39,313 nt of DNA, taken from NCBI GenBank assembly GCA_002104905.1, contig MCFE01000751.1, positions 1 to 39,313 on the forward strand. The letters are read 5' to 3'. The stretch comes from Basidiobolus meristosporus CBS 931.73. Its lineage: Eukaryota > Fungi > Basidiobolomycota. Shown one piece after another: positions 25,701 through 36,274 of the stretch; within the stretch, counting starts at the first letter, position 1, and each line of letters starts with the position of its first letter. Position numbers and translations under genes: made by a program. The notes beneath the pieces are model-generated. The model searched no databases. It was not told the origin of the DNA and saw nothing but the letters and a program-made list of their open reading frames with translations.

Positions 25701-27359
25701 AGTAGAAAGCTGTGGCATGAGTTCTACATCAAGATGCCAGCAGATGTATTTAAGTAGACATATAACAAGACAAGTAGTTGAATCCAGAATGAGCTGAGAG
25801 TGAGGGTGTTTGATGGGGAAGCTTTGTGCAATCAATTCCTAGCACAATTTGCACTGTACAGGCTGGATGCATCTGTTTATGCCTCAACTTTGGGAGCCAA
25901 AGAGATTTTGAATGAGTTTTTACCTCAAGTGGCTAATGTACCACATGTTATATTAGTGGAGCTGAGTGGCTTCCAAGAGCTATACACACAGGACTCATTA
26001 ATGCAACAGTTTAAAGTATCAGAGAGAGGGTAAGTGAGTACCTTGAGGAATCAGAAGGTGAGCTTCAGGAGGATGCATAGAGACCATAAGCAACTGTGTC
26101 AAGATTGTGCCAGAATGCCTTGCTGGATTCTTTACCATCCCCTGCAATGTTAGCATGCCAGTACAGGTCAGTCCTATCTATGTCAACACCCTTCACAAGA
26201 GCACCCTGCATCAATTCAATGCACACCACATCAACATGAACACTTCAGTATAAATTACCAGAACTCACCATTCTGCTCATGTAGACACAATTCCATTGGA
26301 GCAGGCCAAGTTGCATCAACATGTAACATCACATCAAACTCAGCCAAGGGCTGTGCCAACACATCAAGTTGCAACTGCACATGTCAGTACACCTGAACAT
26401 TGGCAAGTTACTTCTGGTGAACTGACTGAAGATGACCCACATGAAGTGCCTCCATCACCAGAACCTTTGGCAAGTAAAGAACACATCAGCACATGGCACT
26501 TTATGCTGTTTCTATTATATCATCTGGAGCAATTCAGTGCAGCCAAGCTCCTGCATTGCACTCAGCAACTAGGAAGCAAAATACTGACTACAAGTACACA
26601 AGTAGCCAAGATGATAGTCAACTAGGAAGTAGTTCAGGTGTGCAGAGTGAGTCACTACTAAATACATCAATAGTAATCCCTATGAGTAAAAACCTAGGAG
26701 AAGATGATGCAATTGCATTGAATTGTTACCATTTGGCATGGACCAAATAATGCATTTTTTTGTAATCCAAATTGAACTATTGCAGATCAGTGATCACTTG
26801 TTTTTTTGTTATAAGCTATGTTGAGGTGATCTCACATTTGAGATACAGCCTTTATGATAAGCTCACTGCATATGAATACAGCATCTGTAAACCAGTGCAG
26901 CTATTTGATCTGATTTGCACTTGCACAATTGGTTGCATGCTTGCTACGATGCCACATCTACTTGCAAGGATGAGGGCCTTACTTGCTCAATGAGCAAAAT
27001 TGGATATTTGATGGCAAATCAGATAGCTTGTGTATTGGTCAATAAGCCAATTGGTGGCTAAGAGCTTCAGGATACTTTTAGACCAATCAGCTATTAACAT
27101 TCCATCCAATTGGAGGGATGGTAACCATAATGGTAAGTAACATTGTAATTGATAGTGTGATACACATTTATTTCTGTTTGCCTTAAAGAAACATCTCCAA
27201 GTACTGTATTTTATCTACCACAATAATGGTATCCAATTGCGCATATGACGCAAACATTACAAGCAGGCACAATTGTCTATGCCAACCTGATTGTGACAAG
27301 CTGTACTATAGTGTGCAGAATGGTTCAAGAGCAATCTTCTAATGGTAGAATTATTATTT

Positions 27360-29480
27360 TTTGCAGCTGCAAATTGACTCTGGAGCATCTCAACACTTTG
27401 CACAAGAATAAGAATGTTTTACCCAATTTCAAGAAAATGCAATTAAGAAGGTTTTCATGGGTGACAATAGAACAATTCATGAACTAGGAGAAGGGAGTAT
27501 CCAAGAAAACCTTAGAAGTTGTGAAGGGAACTATACACGGACTTTTGAAGAAGTTTGCCATGTACCAGAGAAAGCCATGAACCTACTATCTATAAGCAAG
27601 CCCACAGCCAAAGGATACAGTTTCAGCTTTGCTAATTCTGGATGCATGATCACTAATCCAAATGGTGCCCATCTTGCTTTGGGTATCAGGGATTGGAACC
27701 TGTAATATTTGACATATATGCCATCATATCTGGAAGCCATTATAAGTAACTTGAATGAAGGAACACCAATGCTTTGGCACAGGAGATTTGAGCATATCAA
27801 TTTGATCATTTGTGCAAAATGATCATGGATCAGCTAATTTCTGAAGTAAAAACTGCTCCGTAGCTAATTTAGAGTACTGTGAAGCCTGAATACATAGAAA
27901 AAAAGCCAGACTACCATTCAAGACCTCTAGATTAGTCAATACTAAGTAAAAATTAGATCAAATACACTCAGACCTTTGCAGACCTATTCAAAGCCTGTCC
28001 TTTGGTGGGATGTGGCATTTACTCACTATTATTGATGATTATACAAAATACACTTGGGTTTACATCATTGAGAGAAAGGATGATGCTCTGTCTAGGCTTA
28101 GGGAGTCTATAGCCATGGTGGACAGAGAAACTGGTGAAAAAATCAACAAAATACACTCTGACAATGGTAGAGAATAGACTTGTTCCGTTGGGCAGTGCCA
28201 CATTGAGCCATGAGTGCCAAATGATGCCATAGTGTGCCAGACAGGCCAAGTGAGCCTCTAGCTGGCCACAGAGTGTGAAACATAGCTTTGCATCTTCATG
28301 CAAAGCAGCCCCTGTGTTTCACCCATTGTGTAGGAGAAAATCCATTTTTTGACCTTTTTTTTTGGATCAATGTTGTGCAGGATGTGTTGGAGCACAAAAG
28401 AATTGAAGATATGCATCTGGTACTCAATACCCATGGCACTCTGAATCTAGCTCCTGTAGCTTGTATCATGTCACAAAAATGAATGGCACCATCTTGGTCC
28501 ACTGGTACTATCTGGCACTATAAGTGCTTTATATTGATCTTACTTTAGGTCTAATATTTAAATATAGTGCCAGATAGTACCAGTGGACCAAGATAGTGCC
28601 ATTCATTTTTGTGACATGATACAAGCTACAGGAGCTAGATTCAGAGTGCCATGGGTATTGAGTACCAGACGCATATCTTTAGTTCTCCTGTGCTCTTACA
28701 CATCCTGAGCTACATTGATCCACAAAAAAAGGTCAAAAAATGGATTTTCTCCTGCGCAATGGGTGAAACACAGGGGCTGCTTTACATGAAGATGCAGAGC
28801 TATGTTTCACACTCTGTGGCCAAGTATAGGCTCACTTTACCTCTCTGGCACACTATGGCATCATTTGGCACTCATGGCTCAATGTGGCACTATCCAACAG
28901 AACAAGTCTAATATACAGCAAAAAAAAGACTTCATATTTGAACAGAAAACTTAATGAGGATGTGTATACAAATCAGCCTGATGGGTGTGCTGACCAAAAT
29001 AACCCCCATTTGGTCTTCAAACTTAAAAAAACTCAATATGGACTCAAACAATTGCCAAAAGCCTTGAACTGCAAAATGAATCTTATTTGGCATCCTTGAA
29101 TTTCATAAGGAGTAATGCTAATTATAGTATGTGCTATAAGCCAGATAGAGCAAGTTCAGTTCTATTAGGTTTATATATGGATGATCTTATTATAGCCACC
29201 AATAACTTAGAAATTTTGGAAGAGACTAGCTCCAGCCTATCTAATGTGCTCTAGATGTCCAATCTAGGAGAACTCAACTACAACTTGAGGATAGGGTTTT
29301 CCATATATAGGAGTATGCAGACCATCACCCTAAGTGTATCCAATTATTTATAAGATATACCAAAGAAGTACCAGACGGAAGACTGTAAACTGTCAGCTAC
29401 CCAAATGGAGACAAGCCTTATCATATGAAAAATGAAATGGTCCATTGGTGGAACAAATCCAGGTCAGCTGTCAAGATCCT
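27360..29480 (+). mobile_element. Copia C1 pol remnant (PR, IN, partial RT), interrupted by the foldback element and internally deleted
   Basis: IDSGASQHF, LWHRRFEHI, IHSDLC, IDDYTKYTW, SDNGREY, then KTSYLN...QPDG, YGLKQ, LYMDDLII. Confidence 0.9.
28176..28909. mobile_element. Non-coding foldback (palindromic) element, copy 1, 734 bp
   Basis: 347-bp inverted arms starting AGACTTGTTC around a 40-bp loop (28523-28562). TSD AAT/AAT. Removing the element and one TSD restores the integrase motif DNGREYTAK. Confidence 0.95.
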
Positions 29481-29944
29481 ATTAGGAGACTCTCAAAATA
29501 CCAACAGCTTGGAACAAATGACCATTCTCACAATCTTATGACATGTTCACAACAGCATGTAGCTAATTTTAGTGCCAAATAAAGTTAAAAAGCATAATGG
29601 TGTTTAAGCAGTGTTCTACCAAGGGTGGCATGGCATTGTTGTGGTCTCAGTGTGCTCTTCAACTATGTGAGTGGATTTAACTGGCCAGTATATCCAATTG
29701 CCTTATCTGGTAAAAACTTGATGGTGTTTTGATGACCTCATTCTAAGCCTCTGATGGTATTATGACGGTGGCATGGTGGCCAACAGCTAGTTCTGCATAA
29801 TGCTACCATGCCAATTTACCAAATGGTGTTCCCTTTTCTATGCCCCCTTGCATAATTCATATACTCTGCTGTAGAATCACCCATCATTTTTGCTTACCCA
29901 CTACTATCTTGGGCATTCCACATATAGCTCAACTCAAAAAATAA

Positions 29945-30325
29945 TATGACCTCCTGCTTACTAACCTCTACAAACAGGCACACCTGCCACAATTGTCATA
30001 CTTCTATTACCTCAACTTTAAGGCTTTTTAGCTCAATACTTGCAAAGCTGCCTTATACCTTGAATTGCTGGAAGCATATACATCTTTCAAACATATGCTT
30101 GATTGCCACCACTTCTGCCATGAACACCTCCTGAATATCTGCAAAGAACTCTTTAGTATTTAGCTAACATGTTCCTTCTCTCTGATGAGCTCTAGTTCCC
30201 CTTATTGATGTGCTCTGGCTCTTGTTTGTGTTAATATTGTATTGAATGATGTAGCAGTTGGCTTGTGACCAAGAGATATCTGGCATACCTTGATAGAGCT
30301 TTCCCAATAAAAGTTAGTTGCATGA
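29945..30325 (-). pseudogene. C-terminal fragment of the CACTA-like transposase family
   Basis: Homologous to 4455-4830, which lies downstream of the tnp2 core in that copy. Reads EFFADIQEVFMAEVVAIKHMF...EVIEV. Confidence 0.6.
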
Positions 30326-30333
30326 TGTACCCA

Positions 30334-30637
30334 ACCCAGGAATTTTGATTGGAGCTCATCAACAACAGACTTGGATTTGAGATCCCAGATCTTGATGCAG
30401 CATGAGGCAAAAGCACAGAGCCAGTATCTGCTGAGGCTGAAGACCAGAGTGGTAACTTATATCACTAGCCTCCAAGGAGTAAAGGTGCTTGCTGTTGTTG
30501 AGATCCCATAACATGACAACAATATCCTTACCAGCAGTAGTGCAAAGGGAACCATTAGGAGAGATGGAAGCAGTGTTGATGTAACTGGTGTGGCCAATGT
30601 GGTTGGTGCAGATCTTGCTCTTGCAGAGATCCCAGAC
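30334..30637 (-). pseudogene. RACK1: RACK1/Asc1 (G-beta-like WD40) gene fragment: one exon with a 1-bp frameshift
   Basis: After ...TTTAG reads [60 protein letters not shown], then +1 nt, [39 protein letters not shown]. This matches RACK1 GHTGYIN...SPDGSLCASGGKD...WDLNEGKHLY...FSPNRYWLCA...KIWDL...VDEL. Confidence 0.95.
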
Positions 30638-30710
30638 CTAAAGTAGAAAAATGCAGGTGAATGTTGCAGGCTAGGAGAGAAGTGGATTGGATGTGGGAAG
30701 AAGGGTAGGT

Positions 30711-30782
30711 AATTAGAATATAATGATTGTTTGTCTCATAGCAAGTTACTCTGAAGTAACAAGTATTTTGAAACATCATGTA
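30711..30782 (-). ncRNA. snR24: Degenerate U24 (snR24/SNORD24) box C/D snoRNA in the captured RACK1 intron
   Basis: Box C ATGATGT, guide ATACTTGTTACTT with box D' CAGA, box C' ATGAGAC, decayed second guide and box D (CTAA). Recalled yeast U24 has ATGATGT...ATATTTGCTACTTCAGA...ATGAGACA. It lies in the intron at the ASC1-equivalent position. Confidence 0.8.
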
Positions 30783-30833
30783 ACCCCATGAATCTTCCCT
30801 CTGTTCTGGAGAAATACCTGACCCTAAGTAGCT

Positions 30834-30992
30834 CTGCAAAGGTTCTGAATTGCCTACACAGCTGAGAGCCTGAGGAGTCTGCATTATTACCTTCAATGGG
30901 CACACTGTCCACAGGGCCTTTTTTGGATGTAGCCCTGCTTGTTGTACTGAGTGTCAAAGCAAGCTGTTGTCCAAACATTCTTCTGTTGCCAT
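30834..30992. repeat. Unit of a degenerate ~159-bp tandem repeat, left of the gypsy
   Basis: Aligns with 38184-38255 plus 38992-39077 once the foldback is removed. Confidence 0.8.
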
Positions 30993-32071
30993 TGTAGTGG
31001 GGTCACAGTGACACCCACAGGCAGATGTGCTCATTCTTATGCGTTCACTTCCCTAAAAAGGATTACCCCGCCTATATTATTATCATCCCAAATTTGCAAT
31101 ATTTCCTATTTTTGTCTATGTGATTATTACTATGCAACCTGACAAACTATTTGTCACTATTAACCCATTGCACAAGCTATTCTTATTCCTTGCCGAGATG
31201 CCAAGATAAGATAGTTACCTTATAAGGCATGTACCCCAACAGTGCCCATGTCACGCGACCATCTTGGTTTCATAATCCCCCATCTCACTACCATAAGAGG
31301 CAACCACATGACACAGAGGTTTCATGTTACCACTACCTGATTGGCTAGGTGCTACTATGTCTCATGGAACAATCCGCCAAGAGTTTGCGCTATTTTTAGT
31401 ACACAAAGACATGATTGGTTGTCTACTACCTTCTGGAAACTTCCGGAAAGTATTTTCTAGCAAGAAATTGAGCAGCAAAAAAGTATATAAGGGAGGCTAT
31501 CCCTTAAAATAAATCATCCCTCTTCCAATATTCCGACTTATTGATTAGTGAGATCACCGCTACCTATTACCACTATTTTCTGACTCAGACCTGACAACAC
31601 TCCCAGGAAACCGCGCTGACAGCCAACTGACCTTGGAGGCACTACTTGTGAGGAATACTCAGAGTAGGTATATTTTATTATATTTGTTTGTTTTCCCAAG
31701 TTTGTTCTTGTACAGGCAAAGATACTTTTCAGTCTTTGTAACTATTGGTCAAAGCTGCATTCTTATCAAGTCCCTGTTGGTGGAGTTTACAGTTGTTTTG
31801 ACTTTGGAAGCTTTAGTACATTGTCATCTCAAAGGACGTCAAAGCCATTATAAACTTTTGTTAAGACGCCAACTAAGTTGGGGATTGTAGTTCAATAGTT
31901 TTCCCTTGACAAGCTTGAGGCTTTATCCCCCATCACATTAGATTAGACAAAAGACCCAGTATTCCTAGCAAGCTTTTGCCAGAGGTTATCGCACCCAGTG
32001 AACACCCCACACACATTCACACTTGAGAAGTGTTGGCCGTATTTTGCCCTTTGGACTTATACACCACCACA
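30993..32071 (+). repeat. 5' LTR of G3
   Basis: Differs from the 3' LTR by 3 C/T substitutions and 6 single-base homopolymer indels. Confidence 0.98.
31484..31490 (+). promoter_or_regulatory. Possible LTR TATA box
   Basis: TATATAA in mid-LTR, with AATAAA about 20 bp downstream. Motif only. Confidence 0.3.
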
Positions 32072-32075
32072 TAAT

Positions 32076-32092
32076 TGGCACCCAACGTGGGG
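32076..32092 (+). other. PBS complementary to tRNA-Lys(CUU)
   Basis: TGGCACCCAACGTGGGG versus the canonical Lys1,2 PBS TGGCGCCCAACGTGGGG (one CpG-type change), 4 nt after the LTR. Confidence 0.85.
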
Positions 32093-32212
32093 GGGTTCAT
32101 ACAAGCTCCCTAGGACCCAACAAGATTTACCTGAAGATTTGAGCCGTTACCCATTTATTGAAACAAGACTACCGATATTATCAAGACTATAACACCAACC
32201 TACCTACCAAAA

Positions 32213-34063
32213 ATGAACTCTATGCCGTTACCACTCTCACATGGAGCCCCACAGTTTGATGGAAAGAATGTGGAGAGCTTCATATTCAAATGGGAGAAGC
32301 TCTGCAAGATGTGCAGCCTATCTGAACAAGAAATGGCTGAAGACTTCCCCTACTACTGCACCGATGATATTACTACTAAGCTTCTCAGACAAGGAGACAT
32401 TCTGACTGACTGGACCTCAATGAAGACCTACCTTCAGACCGAGTATGGCAGACCCCAGATATACTATGGAATTGAGGACCTCAGACACTTTGGAAGGATG
32501 GGACTCTCCAAGCTACCACTTGAAGAGTTCATTCAACAATATGAAGATATGGCCAAGCCACTCCTAGAGTCCCAGGCAATAACTGAGTTTACCATGACAC
32601 TTTACCTTGCACAAGGGCTTCCCCAGGAGCTGGCAAGGAAAGTTGACCTACATGCAGCCAAGGATGACAAGTCTGGCATTCCTTGCTTTGCAGAGATGAA
32701 ACGTGTACTCCTAGAGGCAAAGCAAACTTCTACCTTTATGAGACTCCTGACATCTAATCTGCCAGACCAGCCAACCAAGGAGCTAAAGAGTGCTGTTGCT
32801 GACAATCAGACCTACACTACCGACAGAATTGACCAACTTGCTGAACAGCTACAAAAGCTAGCCCTCAAGGTTAACGGCTCAGCTGAGGTAGCTACTGAGG
32901 GCCAAAGAGCTTTGCCTAGACACTGCATTTGGTGTGACTCTACTCAGCATGCCAGACGTGAATGCTCAGAGCTTAGCCAGCTACTTAGAGAAGGAACAGT
33001 ACAGTTTGATGCTGATGGAATGCTTGCTGATAAGGAAGGAAAAAGGATTCCCACTAATTTCCAAAGAGGTGGAATGAGAGCCCTTTTCCAGAAGTCTGAC
33101 TCAGCAACTAGAAAGATTACTGTTGATGCCCCTATTGAGACTCATACAGTGAGTCCAAACAGCCCTGACAACAGAAAATACGAAGTAGACACCTTTGCTA
33201 CTAAGAGACACCTTCCTGAAGAACCTGTCAAGCCCATCCTTAGAAGACCACGATTTGAAGAACCTGAGGTTATCATTGACAAGAGGCCTGGAACACTGCC
33301 CACCCAAGACCCATTACCTCACTTTCAGATGACCTCAAAGATAGCAGGCTACTCAAGCCCCCAATTGATTACGGAGAAATTGTTGAAGCAGAACCTCACT
33401 TTGTCAGTTGGAGAAATCATGAGTGTATCACCGTCTGTTAGGAAGACCTTTGATGAGCAGCTTAGAACAAGAAGACAAGCTGTTGAACATATGGACACCC
33501 ATATAATCCAGACAAACCATGAAGACCACAAAAAGGGTGACACCACTACCAAATACAAGACGTTTTACTCAGTTGCAACTGCTGTGGTGAAAGGGTACAT
33601 ATATGATGACCCTGTTGACTGCCATATTGACAGTGGTTCAGAGATTTGTGTTATGCCGCTAGACTTCTGGAAGACACTTAGAAGCAAGGAGCTACTGCCT
33701 GTTGATAGAGATATTGGATGGAACATGACTGATGCAAACTCAGGGTCTAGCCCACTCTATGGTGTAGTGCACAAGTTCCCTATTGAGGTACAAGGAATCA
33801 AGGTCTGGCTTCCCCTCTTTATCTGCCAGAAGGCAAACTTTGACCTTCTGTTAGGCAGACCATGGGAGACCAGTACTAAGGCTACAACTACCAACTATTC
33901 TGATGGGTCAGTGTGGTACACTATACAAGGATCCAACCCAGGACTACAGTCAACATTCTGTGGGGTAACACCCAACAATAAGAGGACACATACCGCTTGC
34001 CAGAAGACACATCTTGTTATAGAAGAAGATGAGGAGCCTGACAGTATACACCCTAACAGTTAG
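32213..34063 (+). CDS. Gypsy Gag plus aspartic protease (616 aa)
   Basis: APQFDGKNVESF, CIWCDSTQHARREC zinc knuckle, HIDSGSEIC protease, FDLLLGRPW. Confidence 0.9.
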   Translation: MNSMPLPLSHGAPQFDGKNVESFIFKWEKLCKMCSLSEQEMAEDFPYYCTDDITTKLLRQGDILTDWTSMKTYLQTEYGRPQIYYGIEDLRHFGRMGLSKLPLEEFIQQYEDMAKPLLESQAITEFTMTLYLAQGLPQELARKVDLHAAKDDKSGIPCFAEMKRVLLEAKQTSTFMRLLTSNLPDQPTKELKSAVADNQTYTTDRIDQLAEQLQKLALKVNGSAEVATEGQRALPRHCIWCDSTQHARRECSELSQLLREGTVQFDADGMLADKEGKRIPTNFQRGGMRALFQKSDSATRKITVDAPIETHTVSPNSPDNRKYEVDTFATKRHLPEEPVKPILRRPRFEEPEVIIDKRPGTLPTQDPLPHFQMTSKIAGYSSPQLITEKLLKQNLTLSVGEIMSVSPSVRKTFDEQLRTRRQAVEHMDTHIIQTNHEDHKKGDTTTKYKTFYSVATAVVKGYIYDDPVDCHIDSGSEICVMPLDFWKTLRSKELLPVDRDIGWNMTDANSGSSPLYGVVHKFPIEVQGIKVWLPLFICQKANFDLLLGRPWETSTKATTTNYSDGSVWYTIQGSNPGLQSTFCGVTPNNKRTHTACQKTHLVIEEDEEPDSIHPNS

Positions 34064-34342
34064 AGCTGCTCATTAGGTATACAAGAGCAGTCAGCTATGG
34101 TTTGCACAAAATACAAGACAGTGGAACAGAAGATTAGACCATCACTTACGCCTTTAACTGATGGGTCTTGACCTGCTGATTACATCAGACCACCAGAAGG
34201 AACACCAGAAGATATACGACTTACACCTGAGAGACTTAAGCAACTTATCATTGGTGATGGAAACCTAACACCGGAGGAGATCTTACTATTTGAAGAAACC
34301 CTGAAAAGGCATGATAAGGTTTTCTCATATAATGACAAGGAG

Positions 34343-36274
34343 ATGGGACTCTTAAAGACATCGGTTGAAAAACCTACCAAAATTCATACAGTGCCCCACA
34401 CACCCTGGTCATTTAAACCCTACCCACTGCCTAGAGGACTCCAAGCTGATGTGCATGACCTACTTAAGAAGAAGATTGAAGCTGGTATCCTAGAACCTTG
34501 CCATGGACCTTATGCTAACAGATGGTTTGTGACCAAAAAGAAGAATGGGAAGCTCCGATTCATTCAGGACATGCAACCTGCAAATGCTGTCACTATCAGA
34601 GATGCCGCAATACCTCCGTCTACTGATGACTTTGCAGAAAGCTTTAGTGGTCACTCCATCTACTCAACATATGATCTCTACTCAGGATACGACCAGATTC
34701 CCCTAGATGAGACATCAAGAGATATGTTTGCACTCCAGACACCATTTGGACTGTTAAGAATGACAAGACTTAGCCAAGGGGCAACAAACTCCGTGGCTCA
34801 GTTCCAGAGGTGCATGGTAAATGTGCTCTACCGGTTTATACCTGAGAAACTTGCTGTCTTTGTTGATGACATAGGCATCAAAGGACCAAAACTCCGGGAC
34901 ACAACTGAAGTTATGCCTGGAGTAAGAAAGTTTGTCTATGACCATATTTCAGACAATGATGCCATATTAGGAGCCATTGAAGAATCTGGACTCACCATCA
35001 GTGGTGAGAAAAGCAGCTTTGGTGTATCAGAGATATCCATTGTTGGACAAAAATGCAACACCTTTGGTCATTCACCCGGAGACTCCAAGACACAAAAGAT
35101 ATGCAACTGGCCTACCCCCACAAATCTAACACAAGCTCGTGGCTTTGTGGCAGCTTGTGGGTTCTTTAGGATCTGGATCCCAAGATTTTCTGAGATAGCA
35201 GAACCAATCTACCAACTACAGAGAAAGAATGCCCCATTTAACTGGGGAGAAGAGCAAGAAGAAGCCATGCAATTACTAAAAGAGGCCTTAGTATCTCCAC
35301 CAGTTCTGAGACCTCTTGACTATCAGAACACTGAATGCCCACCTATCTTGACGGTGAATGCAAGCCCTGTAGGAGCTGGAGCACTACTTGGCCAAGATGA
35401 TGAAGATGGTAACCGCTATGCCTGCAGATATGAGAGCTGCCTCTTCTCTCCTAGAGAACAAAGATACTCACAGATTAAGAGAGAGCTACTAGGAGTTGTG
35501 AAGATGCTGAGAAAGCTGAAGTCACAACTCTACATGACACATTTCATCCTGGAGACAGATGCTAAGCCACTTATAGGAATGATCAACAAGCCTGATCTAC
35601 CTGATGATGCCACAAATCGGTGGATGGCATGGCTGAAAATGTTTGACTTTGAGGTCAGACATATCCCTGGCAAGACAAATGTTGTGGCTGATGCACTCTC
35701 CAGGAAGGGACCACAGTTGTCTGAAGATATGGACCCTGACTTTGATGACATATTTGATGCAGAAATCCGACAACTACACGTGAAGAAGCCCAGCAACTCT
35801 ACATGGAACACCATTCAAGACTATCTGAGAACCTTAGAGAAGCCACCAGGAATGAGCCCACATGATTTCAGAAAGCTCAGGAAGAAGGCCCATCATTTCT
35901 ACATAAAAGACGGCCTCCTCTTCAAACAAGTAAAGCCTGGACAGACACCAAGAAGAGTTATAGTTGAGCCCCAGGAACAACTGACTATTATGTCAAGCCT
36001 TCATGAAGGAAGACCCAGTGGTCATAGAGGCAGAGATGCCACTTACAATGTTGTTTCCAGTAGATACTACTGGGAGCATATGTATCATGATGTCCAACAC
36101 TTTGTTGAATCTTGTGACATTTGCCAAAGAAGGTCAACCAAGAGATATGAGGAGCCGCTCCATCCAACCTACACACCTTGTCTATGGCAGAAGGTTGGCA
36201 TTGACCTGGTCCACATGCCAACTGCTGGAACCAAGAAGTACCTTGTTGTTGCCAGAGATGATCTGAGTGGGTAG
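34343..36274 (+). CDS. Gypsy RT-RNase H-integrase N-part, in frame with gag; ends at a premature TAG
   Basis: YSTYDLYSGYDQ, LSQGATNS, VFVDD, RNase H with D replaced by N (TVNAS), LHEGRPSGHRG...CDIC, GIDLVHMP. Confidence 0.92.
   Translation: MGLLKTSVEKPTKIHTVPHTPWSFKPYPLPRGLQADVHDLLKKKIEAGILEPCHGPYANRWFVTKKKNGKLRFIQDMQPANAVTIRDAAIPPSTDDFAESFSGHSIYSTYDLYSGYDQIPLDETSRDMFALQTPFGLLRMTRLSQGATNSVAQFQRCMVNVLYRFIPEKLAVFVDDIGIKGPKLRDTTEVMPGVRKFVYDHISDNDAILGAIEESGLTISGEKSSFGVSEISIVGQKCNTFGHSPGDSKTQKICNWPTPTNLTQARGFVAACGFFRIWIPRFSEIAEPIYQLQRKNAPFNWGEEQEEAMQLLKEALVSPPVLRPLDYQNTECPPILTVNASPVGAGALLGQDDEDGNRYACRYESCLFSPREQRYSQIKRELLGVVKMLRKLKSQLYMTHFILETDAKPLIGMINKPDLPDDATNRWMAWLKMFDFEVRHIPGKTNVVADALSRKGPQLSEDMDPDFDDIFDAEIRQLHVKKPSNSTWNTIQDYLRTLEKPPGMSPHDFRKLRKKAHHFYIKDGLLFKQVKPGQTPRRVIVEPQEQLTIMSSLHEGRPSGHRGRDATYNVVSSRYYWEHMYHDVQHFVESCDICQRRSTKRYEEPLHPTYTPCLWQKVGIDLVHMPTAGTKKYLVVARDDLSG

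Noticed and set aside
28288-28911. ORFs inside the foldback (and 38399-38918)
   Set aside because: Short mirror-image ORFs produced by the palindrome, differing in stops between arms and copies, with no protein motif.
30295-30334. Downstream RACK1 intron with a CTAAC branch point
   Set aside because: This sequence aligns with the CACTA-family copy near 4800-4830, so it is transposon-derived, and no further RACK1 exon follows.
30555-30978. Predicted minus ORFs 30555-30905 and 30736-30978 as genes
   Set aside because: They run across repeat, intron/snoRNA and out-of-frame RACK1 sequence. The true RACK1 frame is different.
31324-32192. ORFs in the G3 LTR and leader (repeated at 37745-38002 and 22378-22620)
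   Set aside because: They recur only because the LTR is repeated. No recognisable domain or evidence of coding constraint.
34061-34063. Programmed readthrough stop between gag and pol
   Set aside because: A second in-frame stop follows at 34169, so simple mutational decay is the more economical explanation.
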